Shown one piece after another: positions 63,621-64,000 of a DNA stretch of 64,000 nt. Location: the NCBI GenBank assembly GCA_964631835.1, contig CAZWAD010000001.1:114216-178215 (forward strand). The letters run 5' to 3'. The position numbers and the translations under genes are program-made. Position 1 is the first letter of the stretch; every line of letters begins with the position of its first letter. This DNA comes from an uncultured Chitinophaga sp. (lineage in GTDB: Bacteria > Bacteroidota > Bacteroidia > Chitinophagales > LD1). Below the pieces are notes generated by a model. It was not told where the DNA came from, searched no databases, and saw nothing but the letters and a program-made list of their open reading frames with translations.

Positions 63621-63779
63621 CCACTATCAGTTCAAAACAATTTATCCATAACCATATGTCAACACAAATTTCCACAACTTGTTAATAACCTCGTGGTTTT
63701 GAGTGGTGGCGCGGGTTTTCAATCTACATGGCTTGTTGGTAGTTGTTCACCCTGTTTGGTAAACTTTTATTTCAAAGTT

Positions 63780-64000
63780 TTTACTTTACTTTTTTTACAG
63801 TAACTCACACGTTTAATAATGGTTGTTTTGTTTTAATAATTAACTTATATATTATAATTCAAGGTTGTTGGTTGTTGATTTTTGTTTTCTTGTAAATGAT
63901 GGTTTAAATTGTTTAGGGTAACAATAAATGGAAATAACTTCGCGTTGATTTTTAAATGAAAGATTCAAAGACCATACTGCTTTGCTTGACCTTTTTTTTT
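63780..64000. other. AT-rich non-coding tract at the window edge
   Basis: Hand count of 63781..63900 gives 26 G/C in 120 nt (about 22 percent). No tracked ORF. Confidence 0.8.

Noticed and set aside
63621-64000. A possible chromosomal replication origin, based on TTATCCATA at about 63649, TTTCCACA at about 63669, and an AT-rich tract at the window end.
   Set aside because: There are only two imperfect DnaA-box-like 9-mers. No dnaA or dnaN gene is nearby in the window. The AT-rich tract resembles the two other AT-rich leaders found here. The evidence is insufficient.

Overview
This 64-kb chromosomal segment looks like Bacteroidota. Support: four proteins end in T9SS-type C-terminal sorting domains, there is a CarboxypepD_reg/TonB-dependent receptor and a LytS/LytTR pair, and many gene junctions overlap as ATGA. 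All calls were made by eye from the sequence and ORF track; no searches were run.

Backbone genes are housekeeping: msrA, hpt, ppiD-like, secA, purD, PBP1A, deoC, corA, nadD and one tRNA-Phe(GAA). Two sulfur/cysteine blocks are present: tauE-like plus cysC-cysD-cysN and a cysM-like gene, then a persulfide-dioxygenase/rhodanese fusion, a rhodanese-thioredoxin fusion, cysE and cysK. A trpEGDCFB operon follows.

Three accessory patches interrupt the backbone.
1. 15.9-19.0 kb holds a RelE-type TA pair, a small HTH gene, an approximately 490-bp array of exactly 21-bp phased motifs, a GIY-YIG cassette and a low-GC membrane orphan.
2. 54.9-59.75 kb holds an IS200/RAYT-like Y1 transposase with perfect flanking inverted repeats and several hairpin-repeat families. 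It also holds a degenerate 21-bp tandem array, a truncated trpA remnant, a TerB-like gene, and a WYL regulator divergent from two small orphans.
3. Two orphan genes (7.2-8.1 kb and 37.8-38.5 kb) each sit behind an extremely AT-rich upstream tract.

The most notable regulatory observations are two short leader ORFs, each followed by an intrinsic terminator. One has three consecutive Cys codons and lies upstream of cysE-cysK. The other has tandem Trp codons and lies upstream of trpE. In addition, a 149-bp repeat insertion sits between trpF and trpB and is bridged by an open 50-codon ORF that keeps ATGA coupling at both ends.

No rRNA, CRISPR array or obvious prophage was seen.
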